64,000 nt of DNA from Heterodontus francisci (GCF_036365525.1 NC_090404.1:8866001-8930000); one strand, 5' to 3'. Shown: positions 25,201 to 35,548, counted from the first letter of the stretch. The notes: a model not told the origin generated them from the sequence alone. Numbers and translations are program-made.

Positions 25201-25271
25201 CGAAGGGCCTGTTCCTGTGCTGTAATTTTCTTTGTTCTTTGTTCAAAAGTGTCTTATGGCTAAGGAAGTAA
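22212..25271 (+). CDS. CR1 ORF2: APE endonuclease + reverse transcriptase, uninterrupted (1019 aa, reads past its likely natural stop)
   Basis: FNARS, ITETW, GDFN, SDH endonuclease motifs; SPGPDGI, NYRPVSL, GVPQGSVLGP, FADD RT motifs. TCG at 25164 corresponds to TAG in the 11.2-kb copy. Confidence 0.95.
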   Translation: MWQGDGNQLRRSVDRKEVVTKACKELDNEVSVTKGKSRQGADDECKGTGGLRCICFNARSVVGKADELRAWISTWEYDIAITETWLREGHDWQLNIPGYRCFRQDREGGKRGGGVALLVKEDITAVLKEGTMEDSSSEAIWTELRNRKGAVTMLGLYYRPPNSEREIEVQICKQIMERCRSNRVVVIGDFNFPNIDWDSLSVRGLDGAEFVRSIQEGFLEQYVNSPTREGAILDLVLGNEPGQVFQVSVGDYFGNSDHNSVSFRILMDKDESGPKGRLLNWGKANYTKIRQELENVDWEQLFEGKSTFDMWEAFKERLISVQERHVPVKMRDRNDKIREPWMTGEIVRLAKRKKEAYIRSRRLMKDEALKEYRECRTNLKRGIKRAKRGHEISLANRVKENPKAFYSYIRRKRVTRERIGPLKDKGGMLCLDSEKMGEILNEYFASVFTEERDMTDVEVRNRCLSTLGQVGIRREEVLGILKGIKVDKSPGPDGIYPRLLWEAREEIAGALTDIFAASLNTGEVPEDWRIANVVPLFKKGSRDNPGNYRPVSLTSVVGKLLEKILRDRIYSHLEENGLISDRQHGFVQGRSCLTNLIEFFEEVTKLIDEGRAVDVIYMDFSQVFDKVPHGRLMEKVKAHGIQGVLARWIKNWLGNRRQRVAVEGSFSKWRRVTSGVPQGSVLGPLLFVIYINDLEESIGGLISKFADDSKIGGVADSEGDCQRIQQNIDRLESWAEKWQMEFNQGKCEVMRFGRANSRVNYTVNGKVLGKIDVQRDLGVQVHCSLKVATQVNRVVKKAYGMLSFIGRGIEYKSWQVMLQLYRTLVRPHLEYCVQFWSPHYQKDVDALERVQRRFTRMLPGMEGASYEERLSRLGLFSLKRRRLRGDLIEVYKIMRGIDRVDSKKLFPRVGDSITRGHEFKVKEEKFRGDMRGKFFTQRVVGAWNALPAEVVDAGTMASFKMYLDRYMNGQEAKRYRPLENRRHVSIEDLDRRRLGGPKGLFLCCNFLCSLFKSVLWLRK

Positions 25272-25736
25272 TTTTCAGGTGTAGTCGCTGTTCCAACGCA
25301 GGAAATATTATTTACACAGTGAGGTGAGAATATTTAATACTCTGAGGGAACGTTTTGTCAATCTGACTCTTGTGGATGTGAAGGGATTTGGAAATCCAGA
25401 TACTTTCCAGATAATTCCAATTTATCATCAATAATAAAAACAATGTCCGATCACAAAAAATCGATACAATTGTCTGCCTGTCTGTCTGTTTATAACACAT
25501 TGAAATACCGTTCCGAACGGAAGAGTTGTTATCCTTCTTCTTCAGACTATACAGTGACGTAGGATTAATGAAAAACATTGATTCCGTGCCGTGACACCTG
25601 TAATTTACTCTATCTGTAAATACACCGCCGTCTGCGGTATTTCCACACAAAAGTATTGCCTGTAATCTCCAGCTGTCACCTGTGAAACCACTAAACTGAC
25701 GACTCGGCACCGTTTGGCCGAAGATGAGTTGCTGGA

Positions 25737-25751
25737 GCGCCATCCAGTGGC
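25737..25751 (-). promoter_or_regulatory. CTCF-like motif
   Basis: GCCACTGGATGGCGC on the minus strand. Confidence 0.5.
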
Positions 25752-26134
25752 GTCAGGTGGTAAACGGAATCCGACCTGTGAAACATTTGGATTCTCAATT
25801 TCACAGGGAAACTGCTGCATGATCATGTTGAACTATTATTATGTGAGAGTACTGCAGATGCGATTGCTTTGTTTTTATTATTGTAACTGCTGCCATTTCT
25901 TGTTTTGCTCTTACTACCGTTATTGTTTTATATTAATTCTGAGATTTATTGTTTTAGTTTTCTGGTGTGCCCAAGTCGCAAACGCATTACACGCGCATTT
26001 GCAGACATTAGAAGGACTTAACATGAATAATTCCTCAGTTCATCTGATTGGATTTATAATTTGGTAAGAAAAGAAGACTTTCGACCTCTCGAATCATCAA
26101 ATACAAAGATCAAGCAACATTCAGTAACTCCATA

Positions 26135-26272
26135 ATAATAAAAGCAAAATACTGCGGATGCTGGAAATCTGAAATAAAAACAAGAAATGCTGGAACCACT
26201 CAGCAGGTCTGGCAGCATCTGTGGAAAGAGAAGCAGAGTTAACGTTTCGGGTCAGTGACCCTTCTTCGGACT
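26135..26272 (-). mobile_element. Penelope-derived terminal repeat with mutated hammerhead core
   Basis: Minus strand CCGAAGAAGGGTCACTGACCCGAAACGTTAAC; same repeat family as 28735-28915 and 32790-32885. Confidence 0.65.
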
Positions 26273-26326
26273 TCAATAACTCCATGACGTGAAGGTGATT
26301 CATATTTTCCTATTGGATCAAAACAC

Positions 26327-26341
26327 TGTATATATATATAC

Positions 26342-26373
<32 letters not shown>

Positions 26374-26403
26374 CTGTGTGTCTGTGTGTCTGTGTGTGTG
26401 TGT
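26327..26403. repeat. (TA)n/(TG)n microsatellite
   Basis: Direct. Confidence 0.95.
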
Positions 26404-26432
26404 AACGCTCCCTGTGCAGTGGCCAATCACAC

Positions 26433-26648
26433 ACTCCCAGTGCAGGTACAGTTTGGGTTACATACAGAATAAAGCTCTCTCTACACCGTCCCATCAAACA
26501 CTCTCAGAGCAGGTACTGAACGGGATTAGATACAAGATAAAGCTTCATCTACACTGTCCCATCAAACACTCCCAGGATAAGTACACCACTGATTAGATGC
26601 AGAGTAAAGCTTCCTCTGCACTGTCTCATCAAATTCTCTCAGGGCAGG
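26433..26648. repeat. Three diverged units of the ~65-bp satellite
   Basis: TTAGATACA...AAAGCT...CACTGTCCCATCAAACACTCCCAGG. Confidence 0.85.
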
Positions 26649-26882
26649 AGGTAATATACACAGAGGCTCTGCCTGCATCGGGCCCGATGAGACATGAAAT
26701 GATGACAAAAATAAATGTAACAGTCAGTATTTTTTATGTTAAAGTAATGACTCTGATATTGCACTTTCGCATTTTACTTACGTTATTGCTTCTTTTACTG
26801 CATCACACACGCTTCTGAAACCCGTGAACTGGTCCTCTCCTCAGTCCCCATGCCGAGTGAGTTATTGTCAATCACTTTGTTT

Positions 26883-27176
26883 CACCGTGTCTCACTGCAC
26901 TGTAGTAGACCGCAGCTGCGCCGTGTTAACGGTGAGAGTGGTGGAACCTTTCTCACTGTCCACAGATATTTTAAACCTTCCCTCAACTCTCTCATCTCTG
27001 AATGTGGAGAGAAGATACTGGGGAGCTTGACTGAAGAACTATCGGTACCAGAATATAAAACACTTTAAAAAGCATTCTAAAATCACGAGCAAAAGTAACG
27101 TTATGATGAAGCGGAATGGTTTGTCCTATTCCTTGATGCACCGACATCTGGAATGTCACCGAGTGACAAGGAACAG
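26883..27176 (-). pseudogene. TCR alpha/delta-type V pseudogene
   Basis: FWYR*FFSQAPQYLLSTFRDERVEGRFKISVDSEKGSTTLTVN...AVYYSAVR with stop and frameshifts; heptamer CACGGTG without nonamer; acceptor at 27177-27179. Confidence 0.8.
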
Positions 27177-27643
27177 CTGTCAAAGCAAGAACAAAAATTA
27201 ACAGAATGACAGATGCAAGGAGAATTAATACAAGAAAAATGGCCTAATCTACTTATCTGTCTATCGATCTATTTACCCACCTGTCGGTCTATCCATCGAT
27301 ATGTCTACCTATTTATCTATTTATCTCACCATCTATATCTACCTCTTTATCTATATATTAATCTATCTCCCTCTCTCTTGCTCTATTTACCTATCTCAGT
27401 GTGTGATGCAGTGTTCAATGTTTGTTCATCTATTTACTCTGTATGTTGTGCAACTAAACATATAATATCTCAGTTGATTATATTTCGATGCATTGTATCT
27501 GTAGTAACAGCTATAGAATGATGTAACTTTAGCCAGAGGGAAGTTTAAACACGGACCATTAACATTTCTGAATATCACCAACATCTCCAAAGGGCTTGGT
27601 TTGGGGAAAGGTTAACGGTGCAGCAGAGACACGGCACTAAACA

Positions 27644-28104
27644 AGATATTGTGCATCTGGATGTGCTCTTTGACTCACTGTGTCCCCACGGCACAGTGAT
27701 ATAGACCGGCGTCCTGGGCCTCGGTGCCATCTGTAGAGATGGTGTTGGACTTCTTTATTCTGTCCAAGGACAGTGTGTAGCGTCCAGTAGTCTCCTGGTA
27801 AATGGAGCTGATAAATGTCGGTGCCCCTGTCAGTGTTTGTCTGTACCAGCCTACTCTATCTCCAGCAGCAATGGAGAGCCGGCAGTCCAGTTTAACCCGT
27901 TCCCCTTCCCGCGAAACCACCTGCTCAGGGTGTGAGCTCTGATCCTCACACTGAACGGCTGTAAACAAAACAAAATCACTCAACAACCACAAGGTATTAA
28001 GAAATTGGTGAAGCAAAGTCTCTGATCAGATAAATAAACTCACACAACATCAACAGCACCAGAACTCCAACAGGAACCCGGTTTTTGTGGAGGTTTCTGT
28101 TCAT
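27644..28104 (-). CDS. TCR alpha/delta-type V segment, apparently intact (leader 28104-28044, V exon 27958-27683, 23-RSS 27682-27644)
   Basis: Leader MNRNLHKNRVPVGVLVLLML/GT-AG intron; V has Cys, WYRQ, DAGLYHCA; RSS CACAGTG-23-ACAATATCT (weak nonamer). Confidence 0.85.
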
Positions 28105-28734
28105 GACGGTGAAGATGGACAAAAGGCGGATCAATCAGGGTCTGATTTCCAGACTGGGTCTTGCTGCCGAGTCCCAGACTCTCAATGGTGAGGAGAGGGA
28201 GGAGAGGGGAGAGCTTGACATTCTCCTCGTACAGGGTGAGACTGATGGGCGACATTCACCAATCGGACTATTGTGGGCTGTCGTCACCTGACATTATTCT
28301 CAGTGATTGGCTGTTTCTCACAACAAAAAAACTCTTGAACCGTCACTGGGAAGGAATTTCTCTTCTTGCTCTGAGTAATGATTCAGGAAGATTTGATCTT
28401 TGTTTATTTCTTTCCCAAATGTTCAGCGCGTCTGGAATCATAGAATTTTATAGCATTGTTCCAAACCTTATTTATCTGATGACCCGTCAATCTTTCTCCT
28501 TACTTATTCCTTTAAAAGAATATTAACTTCATATTTCCTTCTCTTGTTTGTTCACTATATATTTCACGTGATGTCCCTATGATTTCTGGTCACCGTGTTT
28601 ACTGGGGGGTGAAATTAATCCACCACTGGTGTGAATATTGTCCTAACTTCCATTATTATTTATTTGATTTGAACTGACGCTAAATAATAAGACAAAACAC
28701 CATAGAATTTTATACTCATTTATTTTCAACTCGT

Positions 28735-28915
28735 ATAATAAAAACAAAATATTGCGGATGTTGGAAATCTGAAATAAAAACAGAAAATGCTGGAAATACT
28801 CAACAGGCCCGGCAGCATCTGTGGACAGAGAAACACAGACCTGAAACGTTAACTCTGCTTCTCTCTCCACAGATGCTGCCAGACCTGCTGAGTATTTCCA
28901 GCAGTTTCTGTTTTA
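28735..28915. repeat. Palindromic pair of Penelope-derived terminal repeats
   Basis: GCTGGAAATACTCA...GGCAGCATCTGTGGA followed by TCCACAGATGCTGCC...TGAGTATTTCCAGC. Confidence 0.75.
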
Positions 28916-29153
28916 TGTTTTAAACTCGTTCTCGAGATGTTGCTGTCGCTGGCAATGCCGACATGAATTGGCCATTCCCTATCTACCCCTGATGACTATC
29001 TAAACCTCCTTAATTGAGTTTTTAACAATGCAACCCATTATATTTTATGTAAGACTGGTGAACTCACTGTTAGCGGGTAACCCCAGTTCGTGTACAGGGA
29101 GACTCGAGATTGTGAGGACGGAAGTGCTGAACTTGATGATAGAGAAGCATTTG

Positions 29154-29457
29154 AGTCATTGTACAGGGTGTCCCACCGTTTACCACAATGTGCATCTTCT
29201 CACAGTAACACACCTCACTGTCCAAAAATGTTATAAACTTTTCTTTCTGTCGAAAAACACTCCACACCGTCCGCTCTTGTCGGTTATTATGCCCTGATAA
29301 ACTGGAGATTATAAATTCCGGCGCCCGGTCCTATAACTCTCAGTACCACGTGATCCAAAAATTGTGTCTTCTGGTGGGATCGCACCGGATTTGAACCGCT
29401 TGCCCCTCCACCGCTGTCACGTAATCGGTTTGGGATATCCCGTCCTCACCACGGACC
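29154..29457 (-). pseudogene. TCR V pseudogene (not in ORF track)
   Basis: VRGEDGISQTDYVTAVEGQAVQIRC...TWY*EL*DRAPEFII.../DSEVCYC, then CACATTG-23-ACAATGACT. Confidence 0.8.
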
Positions 29458-30697
29458 CTGTTAACAGAAGACAAACATGGGAAACTCGCAATAGCTTTCT
29501 TTTCCTACCCAGCCTTCTTAATTCAGAATAACCACACGAGAATAAAACGGTGAATATCCCAATTGGATGTATTTCAGGATACAGGTTTTGAAATCGCAGA
29601 AATACCAATTGTCTCAGAATCCGCCTGTGTTATTGAGTAAGTTACTTTTCCCTGTTTTAATTTGCCATCGCCTGGAAAAGGCGGCCGCCCCTTCGAGGTT
29701 TGTTCTTCAGCGTCCTATAGTCAGACAGCTGACATGTTTGTCACCGACACGCCCGATATTCGGGCTGGTTGGACTTGGTAAACGTCAAAAGCGACTGGTG
29801 TCTATTCACTCTGTCGGGGTAGACTTTTCCTCGCAATGTGTCCGCAGCCAAACTTTCACCCTCTTGGACTCTGTGTTGAAGTGGACAGAGGCCTCCTTTT
29901 CTGATGGGGCTGACCGGAGTGAGCAGTGTGTCAGAACGTTTACCTTATAAGGCACTGGGGCTACTGAATACAAGGGAGAAGTGAGCACAAGCGGTCCCGT
30001 TGAACGGATTCACGCACTCGAGATAGAAAAAATGCAATTGTTTACAGCAGTGAAACATGATGCAGAAACCTGTAAAGCATTGTACAAAAATAGGGATAAT
30101 GGAGCAGATACAGAACTCTTGAGTGCTGTTGAAATAGCGACGGGTGAATTTGAAAGAGAGCCGAGAGTCTGGAGGCCTCAAATTTACAGGGAATGCAGTG
30201 GAGAACACGTGGGACACTCGGCAGAGTCAGGGATCTCCTTGCAGGGGAAGTTCACATTGACAGTGTCACGGGATATAATATCTGTTGACGCTGTTTGCAG
30301 TATTGCTCTGTACAGCACACAGACAATGCAAGTGTGAGGAAATTACATCTATAATAACTTCTCGAAAGAACCGTGTTACTCGCAGGCTGGGAAATGACTT
30401 AGCTACAAATACCTTCACCACTCAGCTGGGTTAAACTATGGGGGTGAAAGCAGATGTTGGATGACATAGAAAAATCTCAACCAATTCCGAATTGTAATAT
30501 GGCAAATGTTTTTATTTCGAAACTGTCGGCATGACCTGATTAATGTGTGAAATTATTATAGTGTTAGTGAAAATATAATACTAATTAATACAAATCTAAG
30601 AGCTGAAATTTACTCTTTTGTAAATTTCTATAAAAATTAACGTCAGTCAGTATTCGTTGAGGTAACGTGACCGGTGGTGGGACACAGCGGCCTGTCG

Positions 30698-30712
30698 GCG
30701 CCATCTGGTGGC
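30698..30712 (-). promoter_or_regulatory. CTCF-like motif upstream of the V at 31013
   Basis: GCCACCAGATGGCGC, near-perfect consensus. Confidence 0.65.
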
Positions 30713-31012
30713 CGGTGATAAAGAATCCTCTTTGAGCGGATCTCACAGACATTGTTCACCATTTGTGTTCTCTCTGTTTCCATTTCCGGGTTTGATTCAG
30801 GGTGGCGCGCTGAGGCTCTGACGCATGAGTTTTCCTCCCACCCTCCACCAATGGTGAGCCTGAACCTCCCTCACACTTCACTTTGTGATCACAGTGGGCA
30901 CAGTGTCCTGGTGTCGGGTTCACTTTGATACAAAACAGCGCTGCGTCCTCCAGGAGCCGCTCTCCGCCTGGATCTGCCGACAGTTACTTTACACAAGTCG
31001 ATAGGATCCGAC

Positions 31013-31584
31013 ATGAAGCTGAGCTTCACTTTAGTTATTATCTCCCTGGATTTCTTACTCGGCCCGCCGTGTGAGTGTGGTCACTATCTCTGTTTGTCAG
31101 GATTATTTTACACACTCGATACAATATGTATATATAGATATATATGTTATGTTGTGTTAGATTGTACTTTGCTGTATTATATTATATTGTATTCTGTTGT
31201 ATTTTGTTATATTATGTTATGTTGTATTGTGTTGTGTTGTATGAATTATGTATTATATCTGCATATTCTTCTCAGATGCCGCTGGTAGTGAAGAGGTATC
31301 ACAGTCTCCTGAGTCAGTGGTTGTTACCGAGGGAGACACTGCATCGTTGACCTGTTCCAGCACAGTAGCACGGATCCTACATTGGTATAGACAATACCCG
31401 GATCGAACCATGCAGCACCTGGCGAGCGGTACCAGTGATCAGAATAGGATCACGGCTCGCTTTATTTTAGCAGAGAAGCGAAGCACTCTGACTGTGAGCG
31501 TCACACGGATGACAGACACCGCCACCTATTTCTGTGCAGTGGAGACACAGTGTAGCAAAGATCAGCAGAGCCCGTACAAAAACC
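31013..31584 (+). CDS. TCR alpha/delta-type V segment, intact (leader 31013-31070, V exon 31276-31545, 23-RSS 31546-31584)
   Basis: MKLSFTLVIISLDFLLGPP leader; SLTC...LHWYRQYP...DTATYFCAVE; perfect CACAGTG-23-ACAAAAACC. Confidence 0.92.
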
Positions 31585-31686
31585 TGCCGGGGCTGGTCCT
31601 GACCGTGTGGAACCTGTGCAGTTAACAGAGAGCTGGAAGTTTTCTAACGCTATCCTTATTTTCCGTCGAACTTTAAACCAGACTCC

Positions 31687-32095
31687 ACGCGTTCCCCGTA
31701 TTCCTTACTGTTTATAATGACCGTGCTGCTCGGTGAGTCTGTGTTTAAATGGTCACTCTCTGTCTCATGCGTCACATTCAAACCCAGACTTAGACACATT
31801 CTGTGTTTTGTTACGGGAGCGAACGGCGCAGACTCAGTGTCCCAGGATCCGTCTGAGTTAACGGTTCAGGAAGAACAGACGGTAATATTCAGCTACAGTT
31901 ATTCCACATCTGACAGCTTTCTCTACCTCTATCGGTTCATCAACATTCCGGGAAAGCTCCGAGATATTTACCTGGGCGATATATCTCGGGGCATAAAGAT
32001 AAGTCTCAAGGTTTCCCAGAGCGGTTCTCTGTTGATTTGGACAAGGATAAAGAAGGAAATACAACCATTTTAATTGAAACCTGACAGTGTTTGTT
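31687..32095 (+). pseudogene. TCR V pseudogene (family of 41851-42303)
   Basis: Leader ATG changed to ACG at 31687, acceptor AG changed to GG, DSVSQDPSELTVQE..., first Cys lost, frameshift, no RSS. Confidence 0.8.
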
Positions 32096-32172
32096 CTCCG
32101 TGAATCTGGCATCAAACTAACCCTGCCGATAAAGGCACCAACCAGCACTTAACGGAGCTGTAAACTCGCTGA

Positions 32173-32712
32173 GGTTTTTGTACGGGGTCTTGGCTTTTAT
32201 CTGACGCTGTGCCTCACTGCACAGTAATAGACCGCTTCGTCCTCCACACTCAGGCCGCTTATATTGAGGTAACCGTTCTTATTAGACTCGTCAGCAGCCG
32301 CCAGATATTGTCCTGAAATTGCTGCGTCCTTAATTGCTAATAGTTTGCTAATAATCCAGTTCAGAGGCTGTGCCGATTTTTGACGATACCATTGCATGCT
32401 GTAAATATTTGGGTTTGTATATTCGCAATCTAACTGCACCGAACTCCCTTCTGACACGGTTATTGTCACCGGAGACTGAGTTACTGGATCCGCACATAGT
32501 CCGCCTGTGAAGTTAGAGTAATAAAGAACAGGAGGTTAAATAAGATTGATCTAAACTTGTGTCTATCTGTGTGAATGTGTGTAACCTCCCATCTACCCAG
32601 TTAATTACATTAAATCCTAGTACAAGCTCTTTGCATCAATCTGCTAACCTGCCTTTAATAACCTAATCCAGTACTTACTGCCCAACACAGCCGCCAGTAT
32701 GATCAGAAACAT
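32173..32712 (-). CDS. TCR alpha/delta-type V segment, intact (leader 32712-32679, V exon 32504-32212, 23-RSS 32211-32173)
   Basis: MFLIILAAVLG leader; VTQSP...QLDC...MQWYRQ...EDEAVYYCAVR; CACAGCG-23-ACAAAAACC. Confidence 0.9.
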
Positions 32713-32850
32713 GTCTGCCAGAATCCCTTGCAATGAATTGGAATGGAATGAGACAGAGACTGAGAAGCGGAGAGAGGTAACCCAGGGAAAAAACAAAAAA
32801 TGCTGGGATTACTCAGCAGGACTGGCAGCAACTGTGGAGAGAGAAGCAAA

Positions 32851-32885
32851 GTTAACGTTTCAGGTCTGTGACCTTTCATCAGAAC
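32851..32885 (-). ncRNA. Minimal hammerhead-ribozyme core in a Penelope-derived repeat
   Basis: CTGATGA-A-AGGTC-ACA-GACCT-GAAAC-GTTAAC on the minus strand. Confidence 0.5.
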
Positions 32886-33229
32886 AGAGGTAACCCGGGG
32901 CCTGTTCAGCTCATTGTTCCACGCATACACTACAGGAGGCGGCTCCATTGTGACCTCACTCAGGCTGCGATCCGTATTGGTCCTGGCGCTGGCATCACGT
33001 GACTTTGGTATGACCATGTTTCAACATGACGCCCCCTGCTTGCTGTTTCTGCTTACTCCCGTACAGAGTCGGGCCGTTGAATGGATTTCGGGTTTATTGA
33101 TTTACATATCAATACATGATCATCAGACATTGTCTCCCAACATCTAAATTAGAATGGAGTTGATCCAGTCTTTACTTTTGTTGATGTTTGTGCTAGAAAG
33201 CGGTCCTAAACCTTCTAAATAACGGTTTG

Positions 33230-33760
33230 AACATCAGCTGCAGTTCTGTGTACAATTCTGGGCACCACGAATTAGAAAGTACGTCAAGACATTGGAGAAA
33301 GTGCCGAGGAAATATACCAGAATGGTACCAAGGATGAGGGATGTTTATGTGAACAGAGTAAAGACACTGTCCTCCTTATATGAAAGATGTTTAAGGGAAG
33401 ATAATATTACGATGCTCAAAATTATAAATGATTTTGTTTGGGAGATCACACGTAACTGTTTCCACAAGTAAAATAAAATCGATAACCCATGCACCCGGAT
33501 TTAAGAGAATAGATAAAAAGACAATGAAAGATGAGATTTATTTATTACGCTGCGATTTATTAAAATCTGGAATGCACTGTCTAAAAGGATGGCGGAAGAC
33601 GATTTAATCGTAACTTCCAACCGGAAATTGTAGACAACTTGAAAAGGGGAAAAAACGGGTTTATGGAAAACAAGGGAGTGAAAGCTGAATTGGAGATTTC
33701 TTTCAAAGGGCACAGGTACGATAGGCTGAATGGCCTCATTCCGTGTTCTATGGTTCTATT
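33230..33760 (+). mobile_element. Old CR1 3' fragment
   Basis: CVQFWAP...-like relic and CR1 3' UTR ending TTCTATGGTTCTAT. Confidence 0.7.
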
Positions 33761-34113
33761 ATTCGAGTCCATTCATGTCCCTCCCACTCTATTTGTTGCC
33801 AGTCAGTCGAACAGTGATCAGGTGCAGGATGGCCACAGACTTCTGCAGATTCAACCGTCGCTATTTCCGCTCCATCAGTTCTGAGTACAGCTGAGTGTCG
33901 CCACACACTTCGCTCAATTTTGAGTCGGCGGTATCTCCGCCCACAGCTTCCGTTTGCTGCTTTCGCTCTAATCCGATTGTGTTATTGGAGCGATTGCTGC
34001 CGCGGGTCCATGCTTGTCATTGGTTGCATCAGCAATGCAGTGGGACGGGGATCTGTATTTCTGCTCCGACAGAGACTCTCCTGCACTGCAGAGTTACAGA
34101 TTCAGGAAATATC

Positions 34114-34617
34114 ATGGGGAACCGTCTCTTACCGCTTCTCATCATTATATCACTTCTCAGTATTTCCTTCCCAGTAAAAATCCATTCTCCCTCTGCTGCA
34201 TCCTAGATGTTATTGTTGATAACATAATAGTGATGGTGATGATGATGGCTATTTTGATCAATATGAGGCTGATTCTGACTGTTGTTATGACGATTTTTCA
34301 TGTTAGTATGGAGCCACCAAGACACAGTGGAACAGCCGGTTGCTGAAACAACGGATGAAGAGGAAAGTAACGTCACTCTAACCTGCACCTTGAAAACAAG
34401 CGCTTCTAACCCTGATGTGTACTGGTACAGTCAGCACCCCGGGCAGCCTCCACACTACATGCTTCGATTTATTGGAGGGAATGTATACAGGAACACCGAT
34501 ATCACTGTTCAGTTCTCTACTACATTTAATAAAACTGCCAAGATTACCGAGCTAACGATCGGCAACACCCTGATCTCCGACATCGCCGTGTATTTCAGTG
34601 CCATGGAGCCCATGCTG
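34114..34617 (+). pseudogene. TCR V segment, open frame but second Cys changed to Ser and RSS degenerate (leader 34114-34159, V exon from 34307)
   Basis: VTLTC...VYWYSQHPGQPP...DIAVYFSAME; heptamer CATGCTG, no nonamer at 23 bp. Confidence 0.82.
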
Positions 34618-34680
34618 CTGCAGAGATCGAGCGAATCCCGGATTTTTAAAAAGCCCTACACTGTGAGTTCCAGTTGGTGC

Positions 34681-34695
34681 TCAGCAGAGGGCGCT
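34681..34695 (+). promoter_or_regulatory. CTCF-like motif just 3' of a V
   Basis: TCAGCAGAGGGCGCT. Confidence 0.55.
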
Positions 34696-35533
34696 CTCCT
34701 CCACAGGGAGACCCTTAAAACTGCAACAAAGCACAAACCTCAACAACAGGCGAGGTCCACTTGCGTATTTATATTAGTTCGTGACTGCAACTTGCATTTA
34801 GCATTAAAAGTAGCTTTGCAAATCGATGTGAGCTGCCTTTATTCGCCTTTTGTCTTTCCCTGCCCTTTCCCTGCCTACTTGATCCTTATCACAGCCTGTC
34901 TCCACTCTTTACCCACAATTGTATGCATTTCATTCTTCCAGTCTTTAGGTTACAGATATAAACCTTTGCTACTTCTCTCTTTCTCAATTCAGAACCACTC
35001 CAACCCAGCTGCCTCTAGATTCAGCGCTGGTTTAAACCGACTTTACCAACGAAGATTTCACTTATTACTGAATAACATAATAATCCTGATACTCCTGCCG
35101 CGAGACTGCTTTCCCCAAATATGTATTGCATGTGCAAGTGTCGCAGCGCTTATAGACAGGCAGATTATATAATTTTCGAAAGGGACATTATTAATTAAAT
35201 CCGTTCCTTGCAAATGGACACTCCATGTTACAACACTGCCTCTGGTAGCCCCACCCGCAGCTTCCCTTTGCCTCTCTGAGCCACCGTCCATATCCTGTGT
35301 TCTTGGAGAGATTGCGGTTTCTGTTCCCTGTTGGTCCCTTCTCATCTTTTCCCCCTAATCGTTTAAATTTCCCCTTTCCAGTATTCAGTTTAACAACATA
35401 ACATCTTTGAGTTTGCTGGGAATATTACTTAGAACTACTGCAACCCCACAACCTGAATTGTCAGATAAGGTCACTGAGCAAGCACAGAATTTCTCACACC
35501 ATGTCCACCGACATCGGAATACTTCTTAGAATA

Positions 35534-35548
35534 GCCACCAGATGGCAT
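35534..35548 (+). promoter_or_regulatory. CTCF-like motif (paralog at 53617-53631)
   Basis: GCCACCAGATGGCAT; the duplicate carries TCCACCAGAGGGCGT. Confidence 0.55.

Larger units (their letters stand above)
19965..25243 (+). mobile_element. Near full-length CR1 LINE with CAAAA target-site duplication
   Basis: 5' monomer array, ORF1, ORF2 and (TTCTTTGT)n tail. CAAAA at 19960-19964 and 25244-25248. The empty site is visible in the inverted paralog at ~16025-16050. Confidence 0.95.

Noticed and set aside
28080-28088. Perfect RSS nonamer inside a V leader exon
   Set aside because: No heptamer at 12 or 23 bp.
31546-32211. NAR-TCR-like tandem V, or recombination between the facing RSSs
   Set aside because: The intervening V has its own (mutated) leader and no D/J precedes it; both RSSs are 23-type, violating the 12/23 rule.
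34610-35172. 290-aa ORF as a V-domain membrane protein with a hydrophobic tail
   Set aside because: The extension is read-through past a degenerate RSS into T/C-rich flank, and the V lacks its second Cys.
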